The notes beneath the pieces were generated by a model. It saw nothing but the letters and a program-made list of their open reading frames with translations, was not told the origin of the DNA and searched no databases. The position numbers and the translations under genes were made by a program. Positions 40,941-54,614 of a stretch of 64,000 nt of DNA are shown here, piece after piece. This stretch comes from Felis catus (Eukaryota): assembly GCF_018350175.1 (NCBI RefSeq), contig NC_058368.1, positions 127,846,001 through 127,910,000 of the forward strand. Reading direction: 5' to 3'. Each line of letters starts with the position of its first letter. Position 1 is the first letter of the stretch.

Positions 40941-41003
40941 TTGAGTAGAACACCACCTTATTCCACTAGCCAGTCAATTCCTCTTTATCTCTGACAAAGG
41001 TAG
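40941..41003 (-). pseudogene. Candidate 63-nt exon, frame unresolved
   Basis: tttccttctcacaccag| acceptor and CAA|gtgaga donor; stops in all three frames. Confidence 0.35.
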
Positions 41004-41749
41004 CTGGTGTGAGAAGGAAATAGGACAAACTACTGATATGCTGTGGAAATGAATCACAGAATCACACAATGTCATAGGTCCCCATCCACTATAAATGTGA
41101 GAGTATCTGTGGAATACGGAGGGACAGGCAGGGTTTATCCTGACAGAAGATGGCAGGAGGGAAATGAAAAACTGAGAAGCTTGCTTTCTCTTCTTTACCT
41201 TTCAGCATTTTATGTCTTTAAGGAAGGGTTGCTAAGTTCCAATTCTTCTCTTCAAAACTAGCAACAAACAGAGGGAAAATCACCCTTTCCCCCTCAACAC
41301 ACACATGCGTACACACATGTACACGTGCACACACACACGCACAACATTTTTAGCAAAATTAGGAGACAGGAAAAAAAAAAAAAACAATATTAAATTGCCC
41401 GTAAGCATGCACTAGGGCCAACACCTCAAACCAGGCAAACTTGCAAGAGGTGGGGGCAGGTGGCCCTGAGTGCTGCATGTGTGGTGGGTAGGCAAAGGAG
41501 AGCTGCTCAGGGTCCTGGTACTGAGGTAGGAGAACATCTGGCTACACAAAGGCACCATCTCACTGCAGAAGTGGGAGCCCTTAAGCTTCGACACTGAGGA
41601 AGCTATTCTAGCACCTCCCATTCTCCTTCACTGGATCTTCCTCAAACTGGTGGAAGATTGAACTCATTCTAATCTAGGGTTCCATTTTAGATAGAAGATC
41701 ATCACATTCATACCAAGGTACCGCTAAAAAGAGAAAAGGAAAAGATCAG

Positions 41750-43320
41750 CAAAACCGCCTGCAGATGAAGAAAACAAGTCAGAAAAATGGTCCAACAGCA
41801 CAGAGGAAAAGTGTAACCCAATACTGCAACGTGAGTTTTTACAGTATCAAAATGATTATGAATCTAAAAGAAGTGAAAACAGAGAATTCAAGGAAAGTTT
41901 GACAGAAAAAAGGAGAGGAAGTGACGCCCAAACAACAGAAGATATGAAATGACACTAAGAGAATTCAGGAAAGAAACTGAGGCAGAATGAAAAGCCATCT
42001 TTAGAACAAAAGATTCAACTACAATGATTACCACATAAAATAAACATAATAGGAACCACATCAGACACAGAGGGAAAAATGAGAAACGTAAAGAAAATCA
42101 ACAGGACTAAAGAAAGGATTTTAAAATATTGAAGTGATAGCTGAGAATTCCAGAAAACAAAGGAGATGTGACAAATCACAATTAGAGTCACTTTAGAAGA
42201 AAGCAAAGATGACTTAAAAAAAACTTATTTGTAACTTACCAAACCTTTCCTTCCCCCAAACATTTCCCAGGTTATGTAATATACCTAGGAAAATAACTCA
42301 GATGGTAAATACTAAGATAGTCTCCTAAAAATGTTAAATCTTAAAAGTAAAGGAAGAATCCTTGAGGGCTACATAACTAAACTCTCTAGTCATAAATAAG
42401 GAAAATAGAATGAGCTTTGCACCACACTTTGTAATGTAAAATTTCAACAGCAGAAGACAGGGGAGAGGCGCCTAAAAGGCAGTCATGCAACAAAATTTTA
42501 AGCCAAGTTGTCCTTCAAGTATAAAAATCATAGACAGGCAGGCATTTATGAATATCCACAAACTCAAGGAATATTGTTCCAATAAGCTATTGCTGAGAAA
42601 ACTCGAAGGGGATGACTGGGAGAATTTTGAGAGAAGAAATAAATGATGGGCACTGACTGAATTTAATTACAAAAGGAAAGGAAAGATAAGATTGAGAGAA
42701 CAGCATACAGTTGTAATATAAACTGACAGTATGGAAATAATGCAACTCAGAAAACTGGAAGAAAAGGGGGACAGAAGGAAGACGAGTTATTCTCACTGCG
42801 ATTTTGTGTTTCTCAATTATTAAAAAATAAGTAAACTGTGAGAAGACTGAAAAATAAACAATAAGTCTTATATTATAGATACATACATGCACATTAACTT
42901 ATGTTCTCCAATAACAGAGAATACTCCTGCCTTTAAAGTGCTTTGAATATTCATGAAAGTTGATAACATATTAGGCCTGAAAGAATACCTCATAATACCA
43001 AGCAGTAGATGTAATATAGACATTACCTATTCACAATCCAAAAACTAGAAATGATAAAATCAGAGAACAAAATCAGAAATCTCTTACACCTGAAAACTCT
43101 AAAAATATCTGTTAAATAATTTTTAGATCAAAGCCGAAAAATGAATTTCAATTTCAGACTTTCTAGAAAATGACTATAATGAACATTTTATATATTATAG
43201 CCTATGGAAGATAGCTAATGCTGCACTCAGAGGAAAATACGCAGTCTTTAGTATTTATGCTGATAAATAGAACAAAATAAAAAAATGAACGAAACATTTT
43301 TAGTAGAAATAAAAAAGAGA
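41750..43320 (+). mobile_element. Old degraded L1 (ORF1/ORF2 remnants)
   Basis: A-rich strand bias; L1-like motifs such as gccaagttgtccttcaagtataaa and ctatggaagatagctaatgctgcactcagaggaaaat. Confidence 0.6.
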
Positions 43321-43322
43321 AT

Positions 43323-43560
43323 GGGGCACCTGGGTGGTTCAGTCAGTTAAGCCTCAAACTCTTGATTTCTGCTCCGGTCATGATCTCATTGTTCAAGAGT
43401 TCGAGTTCCACAAGGGCTCCACACTGTCAGTATGGAGACTACATGGGATTCTCTCTCTCTCTCTCTCTGTCTCCATTTCTCTCTGCCCCTCCCCTGCTTG
43501 TGCTTGCTCTCTCTCTCAAATAAACTTTTAAAAATAAATTAATTAATTAAAAAATAATGA
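43323..43560 (+). mobile_element. CanSINE
   Basis: ggggcacctgggtggttcagtc head. Confidence 0.9.
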
Positions 43561-44056
43561 AATAAATAGAAATAAATGATGGAATAAATTAGGTCTATTT
43601 ATTAAGCAGAAATAGGACGGAAGGAAGGAAGGAAGGAAGGAAGGAAGGAAGGAAGGAAGGAAGGAAGGAAGGAAGACTTTGCTTCTTTTAGCCTAAAGCC
43701 ACTTGGTTACACTAACCAATGTTATCAATTGTTTCTAAAGAGCATTTTGCCACAAATTCCTAGGTAGATCTAGTTTATTTGCACTGGTTTTTACTTCCCT
43801 CATACACACTTCCTTCACAACATGAAATAACACCAATGAGTCAGTTACACATTTGACACCATTGTGGAAACAATGGCTGAAAATATCCGAGACTCCTATT
43901 CCTGCCTTCCTTCAAGAGCTACAATTCTCAGTGTTCTTCAGTCTCACCCTCCTTCAGACGAGAGAATACCTAAATTACAACTAAATTATAGATTCTCTTG
44001 AAAAAGGCTGATATGAGCTTAGACACAAAATAATTTCATCATTTATCCAGAGCACT

Positions 44057-44096
<40 letters not shown>

Positions 44097-44518
44097 CACC
44101 TCTGTTCTAAGAACACCACTGTTCACACACGCACAGTGGAGCATGAGCATTTTTTTATTTGTTTTGTTTTTATTTATTTTTTAAGTCAAAGCCTAAGCCT
44201 GTGGCATGTGCTCAGGCCAACTTCAAGGAGTTCTTGTGAGACCTCATAAGGTGGTCTAAAACAAACAACAACAACAAAAAATAAAACAAACAAAAAAACT
44301 TATCAGTAGGGCCTATGATGGCTCCACATAACCTAAGCATGCCCAGGACATTATCAAGTGTGCTTTCCTTACTGCAGAGTAGAAAAGTATTGTGAAACTG
44401 TTGAAGGTACCAGCAGAATCAGAAAGTTAAATTAAAAAAAAAATGAAAACATTTTTTGAAGAATACAAAAAATCGAAAGAATGAAGAAGCATATTAAACT
44501 TCTGGTTGTCTAACATAC

Positions 44519-44632
44519 TCAGCAATCTGTGAGAAGTATTTTGCAAAAGGTGATACGGAATTAACAGCTTTCTGTGACTCGGAGATTTGGCAGAGACAGG
44601 ACTCATGTACAAAGCGTCCAAGTGATCATGTT
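44519..44632 (-). pseudogene. 114-nt exon with mutated acceptor: EHDHLDALYMSPVSAKSPSHRKLLIPYHLLQNTSHRLL
   Basis: Open frame, phase 1->1. Acceptor reads ctattttcttcgg (AG>GG); donor TGA|gtatgt. Confidence 0.55.
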
Positions 44633-47560
44633 CCGAAGAAAATAGGATCATTAGCAATAACAAGGCCAGTCTAAGTGGAATCTTGCATTGTGGGGTTGAG
44701 AATGATGGGACATAAATTAGTACGGCTACTTGTGTGGTCCATCAGGAAGGCAGAAGTCAGGGAATCCTCACTCTAAGGACTCCTAACAATCTCCAGGGGA
44801 GTAGGATCTGTTATGCATCAAAACTCAGCAGAGAAAGAGGAAGGCAACCATCCTAGGGAAATGGAATGAACACAGATCTAAAATTCAAAGCCTGGGAAAT
44901 CTGACTCAAAATCTAATTGCATCTCTGCATTCATTCGTTTTCAAATGAAATTGTTCAATAATTGAGAAGACAAACAAATTTTTATAATGTAGACACTCCT
45001 GCTGCCAATTCTAAATCTAAGGGTACAACATCTTCTATTCGTTCATTTACCTACCACGAGCAAGCCATTGTATTATAGTCTAAAACACTGCTTCTGAATT
45101 ATTTTGATCAACCTCCAGCCAGAAGATGGGCCGGTGAATTTTTCCTGCCAGTACCCAAGAATGAGAACTTAGGCCAGGGGGTTAATATTTCCTCACGTAA
45201 AAAATAAGAGGATTTGGGCTATATGCTAAGAAGCCCTAAGAAGTCTATGGTATTATTTGTATACTGTTCAGAATAAAATGTTTCACATGCCTGAGTTGAA
45301 CCTTGAAGTTAGGAACTGAATCCTGAATCATTTAGTGGAGTAATTGTCTCTGAAAATGCTAATGGAATTTCACAAATGCTTCCTACCACGCCCACTCTTT
45401 TTCAGAGAATAGAAGATGAGAGTGTGAATTTATGGTAATAGAGCAAACACCCAAACACACTGCAGTTTAATTTTCCTTTATTATTATATTTTTAATTTAC
45501 TGCGGATGACTAACACTTATTAGTATTCTTTTCTGCTGCCACAGACACTGGGAGCTGCTTTCCGTCTGAGTCTTGCCAAACCATGAAAGTAAACAATTCT
45601 TTAAAATATACACAAATCAGGCAAGAAAACTGGGAACAGATTTTAACTGAGCTTGAAGCTACTGAAATTCTGATGTGCTTTCCATTTATCTTAGAAACCT
45701 GATCTAGATAGGTATCAGAGAACTAAAAAATAATTAACTTTTAGAATTACAATAGACTATAAATCACCTAACCAGGCTTTCCAGTCTAGATGGCTTTTAG
45801 TTTACCAGCAAAGTAGATCACTGGAACTCTGATTATAAACTGGGGCTTTTGAATTCAGTCTGTGGTGAAGAAATCCTTTGAACAGTCCAATGCTGCTAAG
45901 GAAAGTGTGTGTGGAGTGGGGGAAAGGGGTAGAAGAAGTGGGGGGGGGGGGGTGGATGGGGCATAGGTGAAAAATGTTGCATAATAATACTTATGCTTTC
46001 ACAAACAATGCTTTAACTGAATCCACAGTATCACATTTTAACATGGCTGGCACCCTCCAGAGGGATCTTAAAACTCTAGGACTCGAGTGGCTATGGAATT
46101 AGCTTATCGGTAGTCACCATTTTCAGACACACCGATGGAGGGCAGAAAGAGACAAAACAACAGTAACAACAAGATGGAAATGATGGCCTGAAAGGTTGAA
46201 ACACAATATAGACAGAAGGTTGTCTTCAGTTCTAAGGATTACTAACAATAGGAATGACTGCCAGGGGGTCATAGTCAATATATTTTGCAACCAATATCCT
46301 TGGGCACAAACCGATGAGAAAAAAGGCCATGACTAACCTGGGACTTTCATTGTAAACAGCCAGCTGAATATCAGAGCTCTACAGTCCTACTAGAAAAAAG
46401 AAACTGTCCTCACCCCAATTCCATCTTTGGCTCCATTTCTACTTGTAATCTTCATTTTAGTAAAAAACAAATAACAAAGAACAGAAAACATCACCCACCA
46501 GGAGGTAAAGGTATTTGTAGTGTAGGAAGTTCTCAGAGCAATTTTGTGCCATGGGTCTCATTCATTTATATGTCCCTGGTGGTGGGGGGGGGGGGGGGGG
46601 GGGGGTGGGCACTGTGACCATTACAGCTCCTAGAAGAATACTTTCCAGAAAGACAATTCAGTCAGTATTGCTCTCATTGCATAACATCATAGATACACCA
46701 GCATCAAATCAGAGCTCCTGGAGTCATGTTTCCTGGTGGGCATTCAGATTTACAAGTGATGATTACTGCTTCCTCTTTGCTTTTAGGTGGACGTGAACTG
46801 AGTAGGAATATCAAACTTCTGAGCTCATTCAGAACCACCCCTTTCTGCTAGGCTAAACAAGAAGAGATATATAAAAGAGGAAGGACATCCAGGGATGAAC
46901 TGCTTCAAGGATGAGGGGTAGTAATTCCCATGCCCAGGTTCCTATTATGTATTATGGGATTTATTAAATAGGAACTAAGAATATGCAGCCAGGCCCCAAG
47001 CTGAACCATACTGCTATAATTCATACAGGTCTGGACACATATGGTGACCTGGCAGGCCTCCACAATTTCATTTTGTAGGAAGGAACAAGAAACTCCACAG
47101 AAGGAAACAAACTTAAGGCACAACAAAGACAAGCACAGCAAATTTGACTTAGAAGCAAGCTTTAACTGTTAAAGGGAAAGGATGATTTGGAATAAAGCAT
47201 TCTATCACTTTTGTTGAATTGAAAGAAAACATGATTTATAAAATACTAAAAGGGAAAAAAAATCAAATTTACTTATATCTAGTATTAAGATGAATATTGA
47301 AATGTGAATTTAAAACACTAAGTAAAAAAACCCTATTCATCAGGGTTGGTTGGTTTTCTGGAAAGGGGGAAGGGAGGGCAAATACCAAAACTATTATTTG
47401 AAGAAAATAAAAGCTATTGACTAGGATATTTCGGGTTTTATTTCAAATGTCAACAGTAATATTAGTGATACTGTAAGCACTAAGCAAAATGATCCCCAGG
47501 AAATTAATTTGGGCATTCACCCAGAAAACAAAAGTAGTGAGCATTTGTTAAATACCTTAC

Positions 47561-47679
47561 CTAGAAGTTCTTGTATTTGGAAACATTCCTGGGGAACTGA
47601 ATAGTTTTCAAAATCAGTATTTATTAGCCATCACCATAGAAATGTGTTTTATTTCAAACTTCTATTCAGAGCAAATGTT
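47561..47679 (-). pseudogene. 119-nt exon: TFALNRSLK*NTFLW*WLINTDFENYSVPQECFQIQELL
   Basis: gtttgtttag| acceptor and strong TAG|gtaagg donor; phase 2->1, two stops. Confidence 0.65.
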
Positions 47680-47749
47680 CTAAACAAACACGTCACCCAA
47701 CCTCCCCCTCCACATACCTAATATGTAACTAACTAGCATAAGAACAGCA

Positions 47750-47788
47750 TTATATATATATTATATATATATATATATATATTGCTTA

Positions 47789-47830
<42 letters not shown>

Positions 47831-47849
47831 CTGTTAGTGTGTGTGTGTA

Positions 47850-47880
<31 letters not shown>

Positions 47881-47923
47881 AGATATAGTTACCTAATATG
47901 TAACTAACTAGCATAAGAACAGC

Positions 47924-47966
<43 letters not shown>

Positions 47967-48045
47967 CAGCAATATATATATTTATTTGATATATATATCA
48001 AATAAGAACAATATATATATGTGTGTATATATATATATATTTACT
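47750..48045. repeat. Complex (TA)n region with duplicated and inverted spacers
   Basis: Seen directly. Confidence 0.9.
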
Positions 48046-48116
48046 TGATAGATTTCATACACATTTTACAACTGCATTCATTTTCTAGACTGACATATCT
48101 AAAATTAATCAACTAG

Positions 48117-48365
48117 GGGCGACTGGGTGGCGCAGTCGGTTAAGCCTCCGACTTCAGCCAGGTCACGATCTCGCGGTCCGTGAGTTCCAGCCCCGCGTCG
48201 GGCTCTGGGCTGATGGCTCAGAGCCTGGAGCTTGTTTCTGATTCTGTGTCTCCCTCTCTCTCTGCCCCTACCCCGTTCATGCTCTGTCTCTCTCTGTCCC
48301 AAAAATAAATAAACGTTGAAAAAAAAAATTAAAAAAAAAATAAATAAAATAAAAAAAAAATAAAA
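48117..48365 (+). mobile_element. Young SINEC_Fc with TSD taaaattaatcaactag
   Basis: CpG-rich, near-consensus body and a perfect 17-nt TSD. Confidence 0.95.
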
Positions 48366-48756
48366 TTAATCAACTAGCCACACAGTAATGTTATTAGCTT
48401 TTCTATAAAGATGTAAGAAAACTGTATCATGTGAGAAAGCAAGTTTAAAATGGTAATGTTATTTAGTATAATAGAAAAACTAAAATTCATAAAATTGTTA
48501 GTTTTTTTCTCACTGGATCTAGGGAGGATAATTGCTTCATGCATATACTGTATTTTACAAAGATTCTTTACCCAAAATATATGAAATTATTATTTAAATC
48601 CTAATTTAACTTAATTTAATTATGAAATATTTTTACCTTCTTTTACTTCTATAATATCTACATTGATCATAAGGCTACAAAGAAAGTCTAACTTATGGGA
48701 AATCTATGATTCCACAGTCCATTTCTTTGTGCTTTACAAGGAGTATTCAAATAAAC

Positions 48757-48800
48757 CTGGATAAGCCTTTTATCAATCCAGCTGCTTCAAGGAGACTTGG
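48757..48800 (-). pseudogene. 44-nt exon: PSLLEAAGLIKGLS(R)
   Basis: ctccttttccattag| acceptor and CAG|gtttat donor. Phase 0->2 fits both neighbours. Confidence 0.55.
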
Positions 48801-49145
48801 CTAATGGAAAAGGAGAGCAGTTACTAAATGTCTAAATTTCTGTGTATTTTATACCAATACTGATTAACGCTACTATAACAACAACAAAAAATAGCCTGAC
48901 AATCCAAAGAACCTTTCCATTCTAAAATATCAGTTATTCACTAATAAAAGTGAATACTTATGTATTCAGTTTCAAAAACTGTAACCAATAATATGCATTG
49001 CTCATTTTACACTGGACATCTTTGCCACATCTTTCCCAAACCAGTCTAGTTTGAACTCTGTGGTACTAGGTTTAGCAAAATTTAAGAAAATAATATAATA
49101 AACAGCATGACTTAGTTCTGATTTGTTACCAAGTTGTTTGCTCAC

Positions 49146-49290
49146 CTTGATCCCATAAGGACCATGTAAACTTTCAGTCACAACTTGAGTGAGTCCTTTT
49201 ATTGTGTTTTCTACTTAGTCCAAATAGCAATCCCTGATCATATTATTTTGAAAACTATACTTTAGGGCAAACTTAACACTAAACTTATAG
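49146..49290 (-). pseudogene. 145-nt exon: YKFSVKFALKYSFQNNMIRDCYLD*VENTIKGLTQVVTESLHGPYGIK
   Basis: ctttttgacttcttag| acceptor and AAG|gtgagc donor; phase 2->0, one TAA. Confidence 0.6.
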
Positions 49291-49579
49291 CTAAGAAGTC
49301 AAAAAGATTACTGTGATCTTGTCATAAGATGATCTGATTATGTTCTTTTCTCAAAACCATACTTTCAAGATGGGTATTTACACCCACTGCAAAGTATGAG
49401 TCAATTGAGAATTCTTAACACTCAGCTCTGGTCACCAGTGCATAAGGTATTAGGTAGAACACAGAGAATTGCTCCGGGATTCTTCACGTTAGGAAATGGA
49501 AGAGGGTAACTTGGTTTTCCTTTATTTTATTCCTCCACATCAAATCTCCAGAGCATGGTAGATTCCCTCTTTTTATTAC

Positions 49580-49596
49580 CCTGAGTCATCTGTATA
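49580..49596 (-). pseudogene. Candidate 17-nt microexon: YTDDS(G)
   Basis: ctctaaaacag|TATACAGATGACTCAGG|gtaata. Supplies exactly the phase 0->2 bridge needed between the flanking exons. Confidence 0.45.
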
Positions 49597-49682
49597 CTGT
49601 TTTAGAGGTATGAGGGTCAGACATCACATCCAAAGAGATGAGACATAGGCGAACTTCACTGGAAGAGTTTTTCATTGATTAC

Positions 49683-49831
49683 CTTTGAATCAGTGTACGA
49701 AAAGGTCCAATCACATATTTGTAAATATCCATAATTGTTTAAGTTATATGCTCCAACCATCAGTGCCTCTGTAGCTTCCAAATCACACATTAAAAAATGT
49801 AACTTTGCATCAACTAAAGTAAAAGCCTGTC
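49683..49831 (-). pseudogene. 149-nt exon: GQAFTLVDAKLHFLMCDLEATEALMVGAYNLNNYGYLQICDWTFSYTDSK
   Basis: ctcttctgcttag| acceptor and AAG|gtaatc donor; fully open, phase 1->0. Confidence 0.75.
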
Positions 49832-50495
49832 CTAAGCAGAAGAGCAAACTATGAATTATTACTCCTCTATCCCATTGTGTTTTCTTCTTAACCAACTATG
49901 TGCCCATCCCTTTTCAATACAACAAATAGCATGAACTTATGTAGCACCAATATTAGGACTGGGTTGAACTCAACAAAGATCAGAAAGGTGAGCATAATAT
50001 AGAGTTTGCCTTCAAGAAACTTTCAGATAAACTTTCTGCCATCTAGCCCCACACCTAACATTGCCATCATCTTATAGTCTTTGTGCTGCTGGCTAAGAAA
50101 GAATCATGGTAGCACCTTATCTAGGAGTCAGGCAGAGACCTAGGTGCTGAACATTTCCAGACACATCTCCTTTCGTATTATTATCAATACACACTATGTC
50201 CAGTTCCCTTAGGGCCATACATGGCAAGAGCCTGAGTCTCTACCTTTCCTCCAAGACGATGGACAGGACACCATTCCCCTGATTCAAGGTGAGTCCCTTA
50301 ATCTGTTCTAAGTAGATTCCACTCACTTCTGCCTACCCAGAGACCTTGCCAAAACAATCAGGCCTTTACTCTCCCTTATGTCTTCAACTTCTCCTTTTGC
50401 ACAAGCATTTAAACACACAGTATTAAACAACAATGACAAGGATAAAATGATCCCTTGGCCCCATAACCTCTTTGGCCATCTAAAACTTCCCTGTT

Positions 50496-50690
50496 GGGGT
50501 ACCTGGGTGGCTCAGTGGGTAAGCCTTCTTCTTCGACTCAGTCATGATCTCACAGCTTGTGAGTTCAAACCCTGCGTCAGGCTCTGTGCTGATAGCTCAG
50601 AGACTGGAGCCTGCTTCAGATTCTATGTCTCCCTCTCTCTCTGCTCCTTGCACACTCATGTTCTGTCTCCCAAAAATAAATATTAATATT
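50496..50690 (+). mobile_element. Felid CanSINE
   Basis: ggggtacctgggtggctcag head. Confidence 0.9.
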
Positions 50691-52364
50691 TTTTTAATTT
50701 TCCTGTCTACAAGTGAACCCTCAAAGCATCAGTAGCATCTGCACATAGTTGAATTCCAATGATACACCTGGCGTCCCAAACTGTTCTGTAACATGGCAAC
50801 CAAATTTACGTAATTATGGAAGCATATAGACTGCCTGCTCTCTGTCCCTAACACCTAGCACAGTACTTCACACATGGGGGATATTTGATAAAAGTCTGTT
50901 GAAGTGAATTTATACAATTGAACCTGTAATGGAAGTAATGGATAATCCATGAGAATAATGGATGTGATGCTCTTCCTGATTTGGTGAATCTCACATCCTC
51001 ATAGTGACAAGAAGTAGGTCAGAGACTCCACAAACAATAGAAGTTCTCAACTTATTAGGTATTAATTTATACTGTTTGCAGATTATAGCCATGTACTCAT
51101 TTTTACAAGATGGCAACTTAGTTTTTCAAATGTAACTTATGTGGTAGGGCAGTCATGTTTTAAATGTAAGAAGACATCTGTGTAGGAGTTAGAAAATATA
51201 AAGCACTTTGTAAAACTTCTCTGATTTTTAATTGACCATTATGTACTTTGTAATGTTTTAATGGCTAAGACTATATAATTCAGATTAGCTTTATAAAGAT
51301 CCCACGGAGAACCAGTCAAAACATCTTCAATTTCCTTGGCCCTGCAGAACTTCATAAAATACAATCAGCTTCTCTCAGAAGATATGTTGTTTCAGAGCTG
51401 CAGAACATTATGGACTCAAGACATTATGCTGAGTATAAGCCAGAGGACATAATTAGCAAATCTGGTTCCCAGGGGTACATGGGGTGCATTGAAGAAAAAT
51501 AAAGATTAATTTCATAAGTTTCTCCCTGATGTTGCCCCAAAATGCTTTGCTTTGGATTAAGACAAAATCTCACTCAGCTGCAAAGGAATTTGTATCTGTT
51601 ATCAGTTTGCTTATTAAAATCATACCAAAATAAAATAGAATATCAGAGTAGATGAGAAACAGTAAGTAATGCAATAGAGTTACCATTATATTAATCTATA
51701 TTTAAGCCTTATAAAGGTATTATATGTTTGTGTATGTGTGTATATATATAAACACTATATATATTATATATATATTATAGTATATATATATATAATTAGA
51801 TGGATGGATTGATGGAGGGAGAGAGATAAAGAGGCAAAAGAAGAAAGAAGGAAGGACAGAAGGATGGAAGGAAGGAGACCTATCATGGCCTCAGAAGAGT
51901 TTCTTAAAAACCATTATATAGGAAAAAGGAGAAAACTAGTGACTAGATTGAAACGGAAGATCATATTTTCTAATATCTAATGTCTATAGGGTCCAGAAAT
52001 ATTTTGAAGAAACTTTCCCAGGGTACTGATAGAATAGGGTCCCTCTATTCTTACGTAAGATCCACCTGTTAGCATAGAAACAATTTCCTACACCTTCACC
52101 TGAGAGTAGCCATCTTTGTATGTAGTTATCCTTTGACTGCTCTAGTTCGTAGGCAACACAGTGGTGATTAGGAATCACTGCCATATTCAGAATCACCACT
52201 GGGGTGAAAGTTGCCACCATGTTGCCTCTTCAGCAAAAGGAGGTCTCTGAGTGAATCTGATACAGAAGCATCCTCAGTGGCATCACTCATGAACGAATGA
52301 TTAATTAAATGTAATAATTAATAATAAGAGAATGAATGGAGACACTAAAAAATGATGATAATAA

Positions 52365-52570
52365 TTTTATAAAATTTACTTATCTATTTTGAGAGAGAGA
52401 CGGAGAGTAGGGGAGGGTCAGAGAGGGAGGGAGAGAGAGAATTCCAAGAGGCTCCATGCTGTCAGTGCAGAGCCCACTGCGGGGCTCTAACTCATGAACC
52501 ATAATAAGATCATGACCTGAGCTAATATCAAGAGTCAGAAGCTTAGCAGACTAAGCCATTCAGTTGTGCC
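52365..52570 (-). mobile_element. CanSINE
   Basis: Reverse body (gcagagcccactgcggggctc, agatcatgacctgagc). Confidence 0.88.
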
Positions 52571-54249
52571 TCATAATTATTTTTTTCAAGTTAATATTTT
52601 TGTGCAATACTATGTGCCAAATACTGGAAAAAAGAACCTCACCTTCATTATCTTATGTAATTCACAATATAACCCTATGAAACAAGTATTACCTCTACTC
52701 CTCAGTGAAGACCCTGAACTTATAGAGCTTCAATAAAATCTACTTGAAGAGTCAGTTCATGATAGATCTGGGGTTCAAACTCCTGGTCCTTTGTATACTT
52801 TGTTTCCATATTTCTGGATTGAGGGTCTTTAATCACTTAAGATCTGCAAGCATGGAGAATAGATCAATGTAATTCCATTATATTATAATACCAATACTTA
52901 TATAATATTACTTTTATAAAATGATATGCTTCTTCCTACAAAAAAAGTAAATTACTGATCAGTTTACTGGCAAAGTGATGCTAAAGGCAGAGAGAAGGAT
53001 ACCTCAGATCTCATTAGCTCTCTGTCCTATGCTCATCTCTATACTCACAATTCACTAGGGAGGATTTAAATTGGAAGTTATACTCCGCAGTAAATAACAT
53101 ATTTATGAATGAGAGACAAAACTTACAAAAGACACCAGCCATAATTCTTGTTCTAAATATCTTTAACCCATCTCCAGAATAGGTTCTTCTTTATAACATA
53201 GTCCCCAGCCTAGCTGTTAAAATGTAGGTCTGTGGGAGGGCAAACAATGTATTGTAGACAGAACGTGAAGAATGACACATAACCCAGCAGCCATAAGCAA
53301 CAGTGACCAACCCAGGCAGTGTTATATATGTGAACTTCTGCCCACAGACAAAAGGTGGAGATGCAGAGTTCTGTAGGCAAAGCAATAGCATACAAAAATT
53401 CTATGTTTTTAATTCTGAGCTTCCAGAAAATGTTGATGAGGAAAATGTGCTCCTGCCTGTTGGTTCTCTCAAAAGACACATGATGCCATCAGCACAACAT
53501 GATACTTTGGAAGCCTCCCAACCTTTTCTAAAGCCGCTTATATAGGAATTTGACCAACATGTTGTCTTGGATGGGGAAAATAAGGAAAACACATATTTTT
53601 TAATTCTGTCAGTTTTACAAGTATCTAATGATGCAGAAACTATACACAGTCTGTAATTGGGTTAACTATTTGTAGGAAAATAATTGGCTTAATGAGATAT
53701 TTCTTTATGGGAAAAGTTGGCTGGTGCTGCCAAAGGGAAGAAAATCAAGGACTTTAAAGATACCAGAAATTAGAGCAGGAAAAATTAGATTCTTACATTT
53801 GGGAAACTGCAAACTCAGGGCTCACAGGAAATGACATCTGGAATGCACAAATAACTTACTACATTATAATCGACTGAACAGCAGTTTGCATCTATCATGT
53901 CAATGAGCATAGCCACCTATGAAGAATGGTATGAAGCGAGCAAAATCTTTGTTAATCCCTTTTCAACTCACCAAAAAAAAGTAGAACTAAGAGATCTGAA
54001 TATAATATCTAACTTTCTATAGGGTGAACTAATGTGGCCATACTTTTAAGAGTTGTGCCATAAACATTATTACAACTCTAGCAGAAAAATAATTTAACAT
54101 TACACAATATTATGCAGTTCTTATAAATCATATTTCCTTCCAATTCTTACCCATATTCACAAGTAATCTTAAATAGTTATAATTATAGAAATGATAAAAT
54201 TTTACGTTATCTTTAACACTATGTTTTGTTTTGATAATACATTTTCTAA

Positions 54250-54614
54250 GAGTGTTAGAGAGTGAGTGTTTGCATCCTCCCATAATTCCTATGTTGAAGC
54301 TCTAACCTCTAAGAGATGATATTTGAAGGTGCAGCTTTTAAGAAATAATTAGGTTTACATGAAGTTATGAGAAGGGGGTCTCACCCAAGACAGGATTAGA
54401 GTCCTTACAAAAAAGAGAGACTTCTCTCCCTCTCTCTGCTGTATAAGGACATAATGAGAAGACAGAAGCCAAAAGAGAGCTCTCACTAGAACCTGAGCAC
54501 ATTGGCACCCCAAGTGGAGACCTCCAGCCCCCAGAACTATCAGAAATAAATTTCCAGTTTTAAGCCACCCCATCAATGGCATTCTGTTATGGCAAGCTCA
54601 GCTTAACTAATACA
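54250..54614 (+). mobile_element. MaLR MLT1A-type LTR
   Basis: aattcctatgttgaagctctaacc, cctccagcccccagaact, ctaataca end. Confidence 0.85.

Noticed and set aside
47561..47640. WLINTDFENYSV resembles the lipocalin TDY motif
   Set aside because: No other lipocalin motif or exon pattern; the context fits an RGS-like repeat better.
51984..52220. 78-aa minus-strand ORF with a gtaaga donor-like site
   Set aside because: No clear acceptor and not needed for phase continuity; left unassigned.
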